Part shown: one piece after another, positions 1 to 10,900 of the stretch | Position numbering within the stretch: the first letter of the stretch is position 1 | How the letters are laid out: each line of letters opens with the position of its first letter | Assembly: GCA_965112155.1 (NCBI GenBank) | Contig: OZ218111.1 | DNA length: 64,000 bases | From: Podarcis liolepis | Taxonomy: Eukaryota | Strand: one strand, 5' to 3' | Notes under the pieces: model-generated | What the model was told of the DNA's origin: nothing | The model's input: only the letters and a program-made list of their open reading frames with translations | Databases searched by the model: none | Translations under genes and position numbers: made by a program

Positions 1-2
1 CA

Positions 3-200
3 TGCGAGTGGGGCTTCACCTTCCAAGAACAGGGCCCACTGGAGACGGAGACACCCGCCCTCCTCCTCCTCTTTGGCAGCAATGATTACTGCGCCTTGGG
101 AGGTGGCCACAGCCAGCCAGGCTCCAGGCCTGCTGCTGAGCAGCTGCTGCAGAGCATCTCAGCATGGGGGCCGGGCCAGGCTGCAAAGGACACCCCCTAG
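3..200 (+). CDS. possible 3' end of the terminal coding exon of an unidentified upstream gene
   Basis: Open frame from the window edge: CEWGFTFQEQGPLETETPALLLLFGSNDYC...AKDTP*, GC3-rich codons; no family recognised. Confidence 0.2.
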   Translation, partial: CEWGFTFQEQGPLETETPALLLLFGSNDYCALGGGHSQPGSRPAAEQLLQSISAWGPGQAAKDTP

Positions 201-2879
201 GCTGTTCTGGGCCCCACTAGCCATGTCTGACCCCCACCCACAGATCAAGGCGAGCCCTGTTGCCCTGACCATGGCTGGGCTGATGTCTCAGTGGATGGAT
301 ATTTCCCCAGTGGGGCTGGACAAAAGACTGTCAGTGTGACTTGATGGCTAGGGCTCTCTCTTGTCTGGCCTTGGAAGGGGGCATCCCTGGAAGAAAGGAG
401 GCAGAAGAGCATTTGGGAGCTGTGTTGCAGTGGGAGACTCAGAGCTGATAGTTGGAGTATGTGCAGCTGGGTTGGCAGGGGGTAGTACAGTGTTGGAGAG
501 CAGATGCAAAAACCACAACACGACGGCTTCCTCACTTGAGGTGCCTGCTTCTTTCCAGTGAGTTCTGCTTGCAACTGCAATAAAGTCACACTCAGAACAG
601 ATGCCCTTTGCGTTCTCTGTTCCCTGTCCCCCACCAGAACCCTGCAGTGCTGCTGCTGCCACCCCTTGGGAAAGGTGATGGAGTGGTGACTCACAGGCCC
701 AGCCTTCCTGGGCATCTGAGGTTGCTGGGCCTGGTAGCTGCCACCCACAACAAAAGTCAAGAAGATCAAGGAGCCAGGGAGGGTTGAGCTGTATCCTTGA
801 AACAGCTCTTGGTGCAGTTTCTTGTATTGCAGAGGGGGTTTAATATCTGCAAATCCACCAGAGAATTCAGGCATCCATCAGATTTCCCTGGTCTCCGAAG
901 GCTGACCATCTCAAGTTCCTCCGGCACTGCAGCATGCAGTAGCTGCTTTCAGCCCAAACCTCACCAGGGAATGCTCTGTCGGTGATGATGGATTCACAAT
1001 AAGCCCCCCTCCCCACTTACAGTGTGTGAAGCCCATCCCCAGCCATATGTGCTGGCCCTGTGATGTGCCAAGACAGCTTCGTGGTTATCATATGGGCCAT
1101 GAAGTCCTAGGCTGGCCCATCTGAGGCAGCCTCAGCATGGACATTGAAGCTGCCCAAACTGCCATGAAGGGATTCTCCAACACCACATTCAAGACTACCT
1201 CCGTCAGCTCGGCTCCATTCCTATGGAGGTCAGAGGAAAAACACTCTCCCCACCCTCACAAAATTGCTATTGATCAGGTATGAGGAACTGGTTAGTCTTG
1301 GCCTTGTCTTTCCCAGGTGGGAGGGGTTTTACAACAGACACTATTAGCCTAAATTAGATTGTGTTGCCTCCAGTGTGAGAGTGGCCAACTGCAAACTCAA
1401 AATGACCCAAGCTGGGGCTGTTTATCGTCCATGACTGCTGCCAGGAAGGATGTTTTATTATCTGTGCGGTGCAGCAGCAGTGGCAGCAGCAACACACATC
1501 TCTGCAGACTTCTTCCAGGCTGCTGTGAGGGAGGGCAGAAATCAGTAGATCAGTGCTGAAAGCAACCCCCCCCCCCACACACATGATAATCTTGCCTCAG
1601 GCAAATGCAAGCAGCATCATGCAAGTCTTTTGCTGGAGGTTGGGGGAGAGGGAGAGGGCCGACCAGCCTTTGGCAACTGTGCTTCCTTTCTCTTAGACCT
1701 TCTTCATTCTGCTCAATAACTCTTCCCAAGTTGGGAGGCAAGGAGAGTAGTAGGAGGGTGAGATACTGAGACATTTCTAACCCAAAGAATGCCAAACACC
1801 TTCTCCGCACCTTAGGCCAGCACCTTGCAGCCTTGAGCTGATGCCTGCCTCACTCAACCCCATCCCTTCCTGGCATGTGATGCAGCCACAGATGCTAATC
1901 AGTTCCAATCAGAGCTCTACTCAGAAGCTCCGATCTGCTCTGCTCAGCATTTTCAAGAAAGATATGTTCAAATCTCATGCAAAGATCTAAACTGGTTACG
2001 GTAATTGTTTTGAAAGTACATCCCAGGCTATCTCATGAGTGCAGACATCTGTAGACTAGAGCCCCATACCCTCTGGGGCCAGAAAACCAAAAGGCATAAA
2101 AGGCCAGAAAACCAGTTAGATGTTCTCTTGCCATGAGTTGAGATGGGTGAGTTGAGAGTTGAATCAATGACTTCCAGGTTCACACCCTCAGGACCTGTGT
2201 TCTATCACTAGACCCTCAGCTATAGTGAAATGTGACCATCTTTCAGCCCTGTACCACCCTACACCACCTATGATCTTTCACTGCATGGATGAAGCCCACA
2301 GAGAACAGGGTGGCATAGTTTCAGGACAGGATGTGTGTGGGCGGGGAGAGAGGGTCAGGCATTCACATCCAAAGAGAAAGGAAATGGCTGGCCATCACTG
2401 TTATCAAACTTTATTTCCTGGTGAAGGAGTGCCCCCCTTCCTTCAAGAAACTGCCAGAAACTGAATGTTTTCTACATCTTCACTTTAGTTTGGAGTCTGG
2501 CACAAGAGCTGTGTTTGTGGCTTTGACAATGATGCCCACTTGGAAATCCAACTAGAGAACCTCTTGAATCCACTTTTGACATCCCATTCCCCACAAAGTG
2601 CCTTCAGTGAACCTCTTTTGAATGTGGGATGACTATTCCTTGAAGTTACAAATGCATCCAGTAAGCAGCTTATACAAAAAGGCGACACCTGCTGGTAGTA
2701 CATTCTTGAAATTACAGAAGTTTAAAGGAAGTAACTGTTTGTGTCTGGTTCCTGCCTGCCTCCATACCCATTATATGGCCTTTTAATGCTGGTGAGCAGA
2801 GAAAGAAGCTGAGGAGAAAGAAGTGGCTCTCCACTCCAACCTATTCCATGTGCTCTCCTATTGGATCACTGCTGGGAAG

Positions 2880-3052
2880 GCCAGTGGGTATATGCTTATG
2901 AATAGCACCAGCTGCTAGAAACTGCAGGTGGGCTGGTACACCAGGATCATGCTTGAGAACTTTGCTTTGGGGCATCCGATTGGCTTTTGTGAACACAGGA
3001 GACTGGGCTAGATGGATCATATATCTAATCTGACAGCCAGGCTCTTCTCTTC
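2880..3052 (+). mobile_element. CR1-type LINE 3' tail fragment (degraded)
   Basis: CTGGGCTAGATGGATC...TCTAATCTGACAGCCAGGCTCTTCT resembles squamate CR1 3' ends; similar relics at ~38100-38400 and ~45500-45646. Confidence 0.5.
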
Positions 3053-3699
3053 AGAGTTCCCCCTCCAGTACAGGAGAAAGGGTATTTTCAGGAGTGCCCC
3101 TCCGAAGGAGGCCCAGTTGGCATTACCACTGCCATTTTTTGGGGGGTTGCCAGGCCAAGACTGTTCTTGATTCCCAGACATTTGATGGTTGAGGTCTCTC
3201 TTCTGCTGCTGGCAGGTGGCGTTTGCTGAACTGTTATGTCAAGGCTGTTTTGTTGTTTTAAATTTTCAATACCTTACATGATTGTCTTCAGTTGGTATGT
3301 ATTCTGTTTACTAGCTTTCCAAACATGTGTGTCGGCTGCAGTGTGTGTGTTGCGCAAACAGTCCCCGCGCTGCTCCCGGGGCTGGAAAGGGGTTAGTTTA
3401 ACCTCCGGTTTGCTAGTAAAACTGAATGACTGCGTTGCAAAATGATGCATGACTAAAAAGTGTGTCACCAACATGAAATGTTTGGAAACCTCTGCTGTAT
3501 ACTTTTCCTGTAATGATATAAATAGCAATCAGATCTTTGTGGAATGAGGTGATGAAATAAATATTACAGTATCTTGTTATATCTGATGCTTTCTATTGGT
3601 GCAAGTAGCCCTGAGAATATTTATATTGAAGGGTGGTGGACTCGGGGGCTCTTGCACTATCTTTGTGAGCATAAGAGCAGCGACAGCAGCAGGAGGGTC

Positions 3700-4930
3700 T
3701 CATTGCTGCTGAGGCAGGAAGAGAGCAGACGGAGAAGTCGAGTCCCGGGCCTAAAAGCCTCTTCGCCGCCCTCCGCCTTCCCGAGCTCCAGCCGAGTCAA
3801 TGGGAGGAAGGAAGCCAGCAAGCCAGCTGGCTCCGGGTCATCCGCGGGAGGCGTCCCCAGGCAGCCTCTCTACCGAACAGCTCTCCCCCTTCGGTTTGCC
3901 ACCGTCGAAAGGCGGCAGTAGTGCATCACGGGAAACGGCAGTTGGAGGCGAACCAGAGGCGTTGTGGGTAAAGCGAGTGGGCGTGGCGCATTGCTTCACT
4001 CCCGCTTCCCGCGGAGCCGGCTGGTCAGCTGACCTGCTCCTCTTTCTACTCGCCCCCCGCCCTCCGCCCGGCTTCTTTGGCGCAAGCGCAAGACAGTCTC
4101 GCGTGAGCCGACGAGACGTGGCTGAGTGCCTCGGCGCCCATCCAGTGCTGAAGGGAGGCGGGCGGAAGTCCCGCCCTCCCCTAGCGGAAGAGGGCATTGT
4201 TGTGGCCGACGTCATTCACGGAGGACGCGGGCGTCCCATTGGGTCGGACTCTCTGGTTGGAGCGCGGCCGAGTCGTTCGCTCGCTCGGAGGGCGGGCAGA
4301 CGGACGAGCAGCCCGCGCCCATGGCCAGCACCGGCAGCCCCCTGGTAAGCTCCGCGCGGGAGCCGGCGGGGAAGGGGCGAGGGGAGGAGAGGAGCGGCCG
4401 CTTGGCCTGCGCTGCCTTCCGGGAGGCCGCGGCGCGAGCGGGACCTCTGGCGGAGAGAAGGTGGGGTTCGCCGCTCCCCGACCCCGGGTCTCCTCTTGGC
4501 CAGGGGCTCTGCAGGCGCCTCGGGGTCAGCCTGGGATCCTGGCCGGAGAGGGGCGGGGCCCAGGCTACAGCACGGAAGCGAAAGCTGCGGAGGAGCCGGC
4601 CGGGCCCTGACCTCCCCCCCCCCCCGGTGTTTGGTCTCCCGTCGTCTTACCTGGACAAGCAGGCAGGCCTCGGCCAGAGCCTGCCTTGTTTTGCGTAGCG
4701 GCGCGGGATCCCCGTGAAGTGAGTGCCCCACTTAGGCGGAGAGGGGCGCGCCCATTTGCCCTCGGAATTCCACCTCCTTCCCCCGCCGGCAACGGAGAGG
4801 GCAGCTCGTCTTCCGGTGTGCATTGGGTGTTGGCGCCTCCGACTGTCGCGGGCGATACGGAGGTTGCGATTTCGGCTACATTCCGGGCTTAGCATTAGCG
4901 ATAGAGCAGTGTGTCGCCTTGGCCCACCGT
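3700..4930 (+). promoter_or_regulatory. CpG island / TATA-less promoter of PDPK1
   Basis: High GC and CpG density around exon 1; GC boxes, ETS motif CGGAAGT (~4163), CRE-like GACGTCA (~4208), inverted CCAAT (ATTGG ~4238). Boundaries approximate. Confidence 0.85.
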
Positions 4931-7900
4931 TTTGGGGGCCCTGCTAGTCCTGAGGGATTGAAAAGCTGAATCTTCCAGTGGTCAAAGAAAATTCTTATAT
5001 ATTAGTTAAGGAGCAATTCTGTAAGGCAGACGTCATGCAAAGGATGCCCAGTTGATTTACAGCTGAGGTGAGATCTAATACGCTCAATCCTTAGGAAGTG
5101 CTGCTGTAGAGCGAATTTTTTCTTTTTTCAATATATGTGTAGCTTTTGATGCTTGTTGTCAGAGGCGTTCATTTTCAGCCTGTTCTACTTCAAATTTGTT
5201 TCACATCCTGATTTAAAGTTCTTGAGTAATTGCCATTCTTCCCAGTAGTTTCATTGACACAGTTGGCCACTGTCATGGCTGTTTCTAGTGTCATTTAGTA
5301 AAAAGTGCCCATTGTTCTGTGGCACCAACTCCAACCTCTTCCCACTTACTTACAAATACATATCAGCTGGTGAAAACTGGCACAGGACAGGCAGCTACCC
5401 GGTCCTCACATTATTGTCACATGTGTTTGAGGAAGTGTAGATGTTTCCATATGACCTCTTGTTATCAGCAGAATTAAAAATGCAAATGCCAGCCATGAGT
5501 ACATATGCCATAGGAGGCATAGAAGACTCCACATTGTATTGAATCAAATCAATGACTCATCCAACCAATAATTCCCTGAGCTGGGCAACAGTAGTTCAGT
5601 CTGAATGGAGCAGAGCCTGACATTTTTATACATGCAAACCACAAGTTCTATAACACTTATGGCCTTTTCTGCAGAATTGTGTAACTTTATGCCATCATCA
5701 GACTTCAAACAGGTGTGCCTGTGTCCTTTGCACTTTCATCAGCTTACTTGACTTTTCTTAGTACTGTAGAATGACTTAAATGTGAAAATGATTCCAGATT
5801 TCTTGTGCAGTTTGTGTGTGCATCTGCCTAGCATCATGTATTGTGTGCAAACAGTGTACACTTGCTTATCCTGTGTTCGCCAGAGATAGGCAGATGTAAC
5901 ACCATCCTTGATCATACTTCCTGAGCCTGATACCCTCCACATATTTTTATTACAATTCCCGTTAGCAGCCCCCAGCATGGCTGTGCTGAAATCATAGTCC
6001 AAGGCATCAGAAGGGCACCAGGTTGAGGAAGGCTGTCTTAGCTTCTTGGATTTTAGCATCCCACATGATGGGGCTTCTGCGTCCAGGGATGGCTCTGCCT
6101 TGAAATTTGTAGGCCCTGTTTACAACCTGTTAAGTTCCATACTGAAGAAGCTCCATTGTAAATATTGCCAGGGCATGGATTATATATGTCTTTGCAAGTA
6201 ATTATCAGGGGGCAGTTTGCCTGCTCTTTGCTGTGAGCATAAAATACTGTACTTGCCAAATGTTATCATTCTGCTACAAAACAAACTTGCATTTCACTGG
6301 TGATCCTAGACTTCTCAAGGCTGGATGTAATCAGTGGCAGCAGCAGCGTAACTGTATACCATCTGTCTGGCTACAGAACTCATTACCTGGGCAAGTCAAC
6401 CACATGCTGTGACTCCTGAGAGAGCCGAAGGTTCTTTATTTATTATGTTTATTTTTAATTATCTGCTATGTATATTTTCTCTTGGAACACAATTGTTCTA
6501 AATATAAAGCATCATAAAATAATCATCCCATTAAAATCACATTAAACCTCTTAAAACTAAACAAAACAGTTAAAACAGAAGTGATTAATAAAAGCAACTG
6601 TAGTTAATTAAAAGCAGTTAGCTTCATGCCATATTGATGCTTTTTTATCTGTGGTTTATTGCTGATATATAGCCTTTGACACAATGAAAATAATGGACTG
6701 GACTCAAAATTCAGGTGGGGGTTGAAACCAGCATAAAATTTCAGTTGCTGGGTAAGTGTAACAAGGGTGTGTGCATTTTAAAAATCATGTTAGAAGTAAT
6801 AAGCTACAGAAGTAGAGGAACTGTTATCTAGGCAATAGTATTTTTATTCTATGTGTCAGCAGGATTTTTATAACACTTTCAAACCTATGCATACCTGGCC
6901 TGGGTACTTTTCTTTGGCATTGGCAAGAGCAAGTGGGACATAGTAAGGCAGCCATGAAAGTCATGGCCCATTACAAGTTAGCTCATTTATTCAGTCTGGA
7001 ACACTATTTTTACTCTGAAACTGGATTCATACCTAGATGGCAGACCTTGATAAGCTGTTCAGAGGAAATTGAAATGGCGATGTCAAATGGATAGGAATGT
7101 TTCAGCCAGTCTGATGTGGAAACTTGGGTTTTCTGAGGAGTCTTGACATCTTATAAACCTCTCTCACCTGAAGAAATAGCAACACTGAAGGAAGGAAAGA
7201 ATTAATCATTCATTTAATTTACTTAAAGTTAAGAGTCTAAAGGAAAGTCTGAAAGTTGAACTTGTTGATAATGAAAAGCTTCCTGATATAAATGGGGAAT
7301 ATGCTTGACTTTGGATATTTGAATACCTCTCAATGTAAACAATACTGAATTAGATGGACCAATTAGCCTGACTTGGTATCAGTAGTTTCCTGTGTTTCAA
7401 TGAAAAAACAGGTACCAAGCAATCAGTGAAGCACAATTCCATACATTCACTATAGCAGTCCTCAATATGCTAAGCTTCCAGTCAAAAACATTTACTGTTT
7501 CTTATAATTATTATTAGAATGTAGTTTGGAGGCTACTATTCTACTGTAAGATGACAGAATGACCAGAGGTCCTAGGAGCACATTGTAATAAAATAGTGGA
7601 GGAATTGTAAGTTAGCAGGTAATGTACCTGCTTTGCATGCAGAAGGTCCCATCTTGAGTCTCTGGTGTCTTTGGTTATGTAAAGATATTTTAAAGCCATG
7701 AATTGCAGAATTATTATTTCATTTGAGTAAGCTGCTCTTTTCACTAGTTTGCGTGTCAAATATTAAAACGCCAAATGGTTTCAGACTGTTTCAGTTTCTG
7801 TCTAGCTAATTGGATGTGTGTGTTAGACTTACCAAGTTCTTCAGGCAGCTTCCAAACTTTGTGGGTTGGATTCCTTTAGCCTTCAGATCTCTGAAGACCT

Positions 7901-10900
7901 GCTGTGATCTGAAAGACTTTGGCTTTTATAGATTCAAGTATAGGCTAGGACCTTAGGGTAAAGGGTGTGTAATTAATAATAGTAATTATTTGTGAAGCAG
8001 TAAGGTGGCAACTCTTGACTCTTGAAATTCAGGTCATGAGGTGGCCATTTTTGTGTGTTTTGTACATGCTTGATCTATGGAATCACAACAATGTAGCATA
8101 GCTGCCATGATCACCAGTAGGTGCCTGTAGCCCCCCCTTTTTTGTGGGGAGCAGCACTCCTGAACTTTGGCATATTTCCGACTTGTATACGGGGATGTGT
8201 GGCTAATAGATTGCAAGCTGCAGCATCATGTACATTCTTTCTCTTTCCTTCAGTACGATGCTGTTCCAATCCAGTCCAGCGTGGTTTTATGTTCCTGCCC
8301 ATCACCATCAATGGTGAGGAACCAGGCAGATCCCAGCCCTTCACCTGTTGCTGCTCCCTGTGGCAGCAGGCAGGGACTGAGCATGGAGGGCACAACGGCT
8401 GAGCCAAGGGGGAGTGAAAAATCCTTGCAGCAACCTCCACAGCCTCGAAAGAAACGCCCAGAGGACTTTAACTTTGTCAAGATTCTGGGCGAAGGGTCTT
8501 TCTCAACAGTGAGTATCTACTGCAACTGTGGGTTCTGGGAGTGTCATGGCAGAAGCCAGCCATTTGGCCTTTGTGTATCATTCAGACAGTTCTCTCCCCT
8601 CCCCTCCCCACTTAGCATTCTCTAAGGAAAGCACTTTGCCCACCCGCTTGCCCGGAGGAAGGTTCTACTTGGCTCTGCAGGAGGTCAGAGAAATAATGTT
8701 CACAGCTGTTGACTGTTCTGGTGCTTTTTGTCCTCTTGTGGCCCCTGCAGTCTCACACCAGACTTTTAGTGAGATGAGGTTACCACCTCTGTCTGTCCTC
8801 ATTGAACCCCTGCTGTTGTGCACATGTTCCATTGGCAGGTTTTGACTCTCCACCCCTGTGATGTGTCATTGCTTGCTATAGCTGCCCCCCCAAAAAAATC
8901 AAAAACAAAAAACCTCTTGGGTACCTTAGGATTCCTGGATTTTAGGACTTCTTACAAAATGATGGTTTGCCTCTTCCCTTCTGGACATATAGGACCAGAT
9001 TCAACTAACCAAGCACACTAGCAAAGGCCAGTGCAGTGACTCCCACTCCCCCACCCCCCAGAAAAAAATCTGCCCTAGGAAGTTGGGAGAACTGCCAGAA
9101 CAGTTCCTACATTTTGTCTTTAGGGAGTGCTGGGAATGTGTATGAGACTGGCTGGTGTGGATAGAGCAATGGTCCCTTGGGGCCCTGGGCTCCAATGGGT
9201 GGAATTCCCCCTTTCCACTCACCCCCTCAGTAGGTTGGAGACCTTTTGTGGGATCTTAGTTGTGTGCAAAACATAAGGCAGTTCTTATTTCCCATTTAAC
9301 AGGTCTTCTTGGCCAGAGAATTGTCTACCTCCAGAGAATATGCCAGTGAGTAACCCTTTCTTCATTAGGGTGTGGATTTTAGATGGATGATGTCCTGTCC
9401 TCATAATGGAGCCAAAGGAAGTCTAGGTTACGCCTGCTGCTGCTTTTGTGGGAAGCTGCTCTCTAAGTGTAGCTTCATAGTCAAGCAGAGCAGATGAGTT
9501 TGCAGCTTCACTGTGTATTTCCCAAGTGTATTGTAACTTATTTGTCTTTTTAAAAGTTAAAATTCTGGAGAAGCGCCACATCATAAAAGAGGGCAAGGTG
9601 CCGTGCGTGAATAGGGAGAAAGATATCATGTCTTGCCTGGATCACCCTTTCTTTGTCAATCTCTACTTCACCTTTCAGGATGATGAGAAGCTCTGTATCC
9701 TTCTGGATGGAAATGTTTCATGGTGATATTTGTTGGGATAATGTGTGTGGGGGGGGGGGAAGAACCATGTTTCTTCATTTGCTAACCCAGTGATGTTTTC
9801 AGAATAGTTGTACCAGAATTCTTAGGCAGGATACAAATGTGAAAAATCTTAAATCTTGTAAACCTGGCAGAGGACGAGTCTTGCCCCCCCCCATGGGTAT
9901 GACAGTGCCTTAAGGCACCCCACTCAGCCCCCCTCTCCCACTTTTTATTTTTTAATTTATATTTACATATTTTTTGTTTGATGAGATTGCCTAGTTTTTG
10001 TGGTGGGAGGTAGTTTGTTGTTGTTTTTACTGTGTTTTATTTGTCTCTAGGTGTCTGTGCTTTGCCTTTTAGGTGTATGGGGCTGTTTCTGAATACCACC
10101 AGTTTTTCTTCTGTGGAATGTGTATTTTGTGGTGTCCACAAGTTTCTTTTATCTCCAAATGTGCCCCTTGTCCCAAAATGGTTGGAGACTAAGTTAACCG
10201 CTGTACCGTATTGGCCCAAATATAAGCTGCACACTTAAAATTCAAGGTTTATTTGCAGGTGCGTGCTCGGAACCGAGCGCCAGCACCGGCTTGTGTAGCT
10301 GGTTGGCGGTATGCGTGCTCCCTAGCTGCTTGGCGGGGGGGGGGAGCGTGCGCAGGCTAACCAGCTAGTGAGTGTGCACACTGCCAACCAGCTGGGAGGC
10401 TGCGCATGCTCCCTAGCTGCTTGGCAGGGGACGGGGGAGTGGCGTGCCCGCCTCCCTGCTGGTTGGTGGTGCAAATGCTCCACCCCCACCGCCAACCAGC
10501 TGGGAGGTGGGCGTGCTGCTCCCCCCCCCCCGTCAAACAGCTAGGGAGTGCACGCCGCCAACTAGCTGGGAGGCGCACCACTCCGCCCCGCCAAACACAC
10601 GCTCCCCAGCTGCTTTCAGCAGCATAAGGTAAAAAAAAACCTCCAATATAAGCTGCATTTTAACTTTTCAGGGTCCGAAATTGGGGAGAAAGGGCGGCTT
10701 ATATTCGGGCCAATACTGTAAATCTTTGGCTGTGTGCAGAGTCCAACCTTCTTTTTCCAAGCATATCGCCACCTATCCCTTCTAACATTGCCCCAGATTA
10801 TCTGCCTTTGTGTTTTAGGGTCCAGAGATTCACAGTATAAATTATCCTTAACTTAGTATTCAGATTTTGGTCTTAGCTATGCCAAAAATGGAGAGCTTCT

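Noticed and set aside
3574-4947. Stack of overlapping 70-190 aa ORFs on both strands
   Set aside because: CpG-island artefact (few stops, Arg/Gly/Pro/Ala-rich); only 4321-4344 is PDPK1 coding.
10290-10580. Repeat-spacer-like array (CCAACCAGCTGGGAGG units) resembling CRISPR
   Set aside because: Eukaryotic context, irregular spacing and mixed orientation; these are internal repeats of a TIR-bounded MITE.
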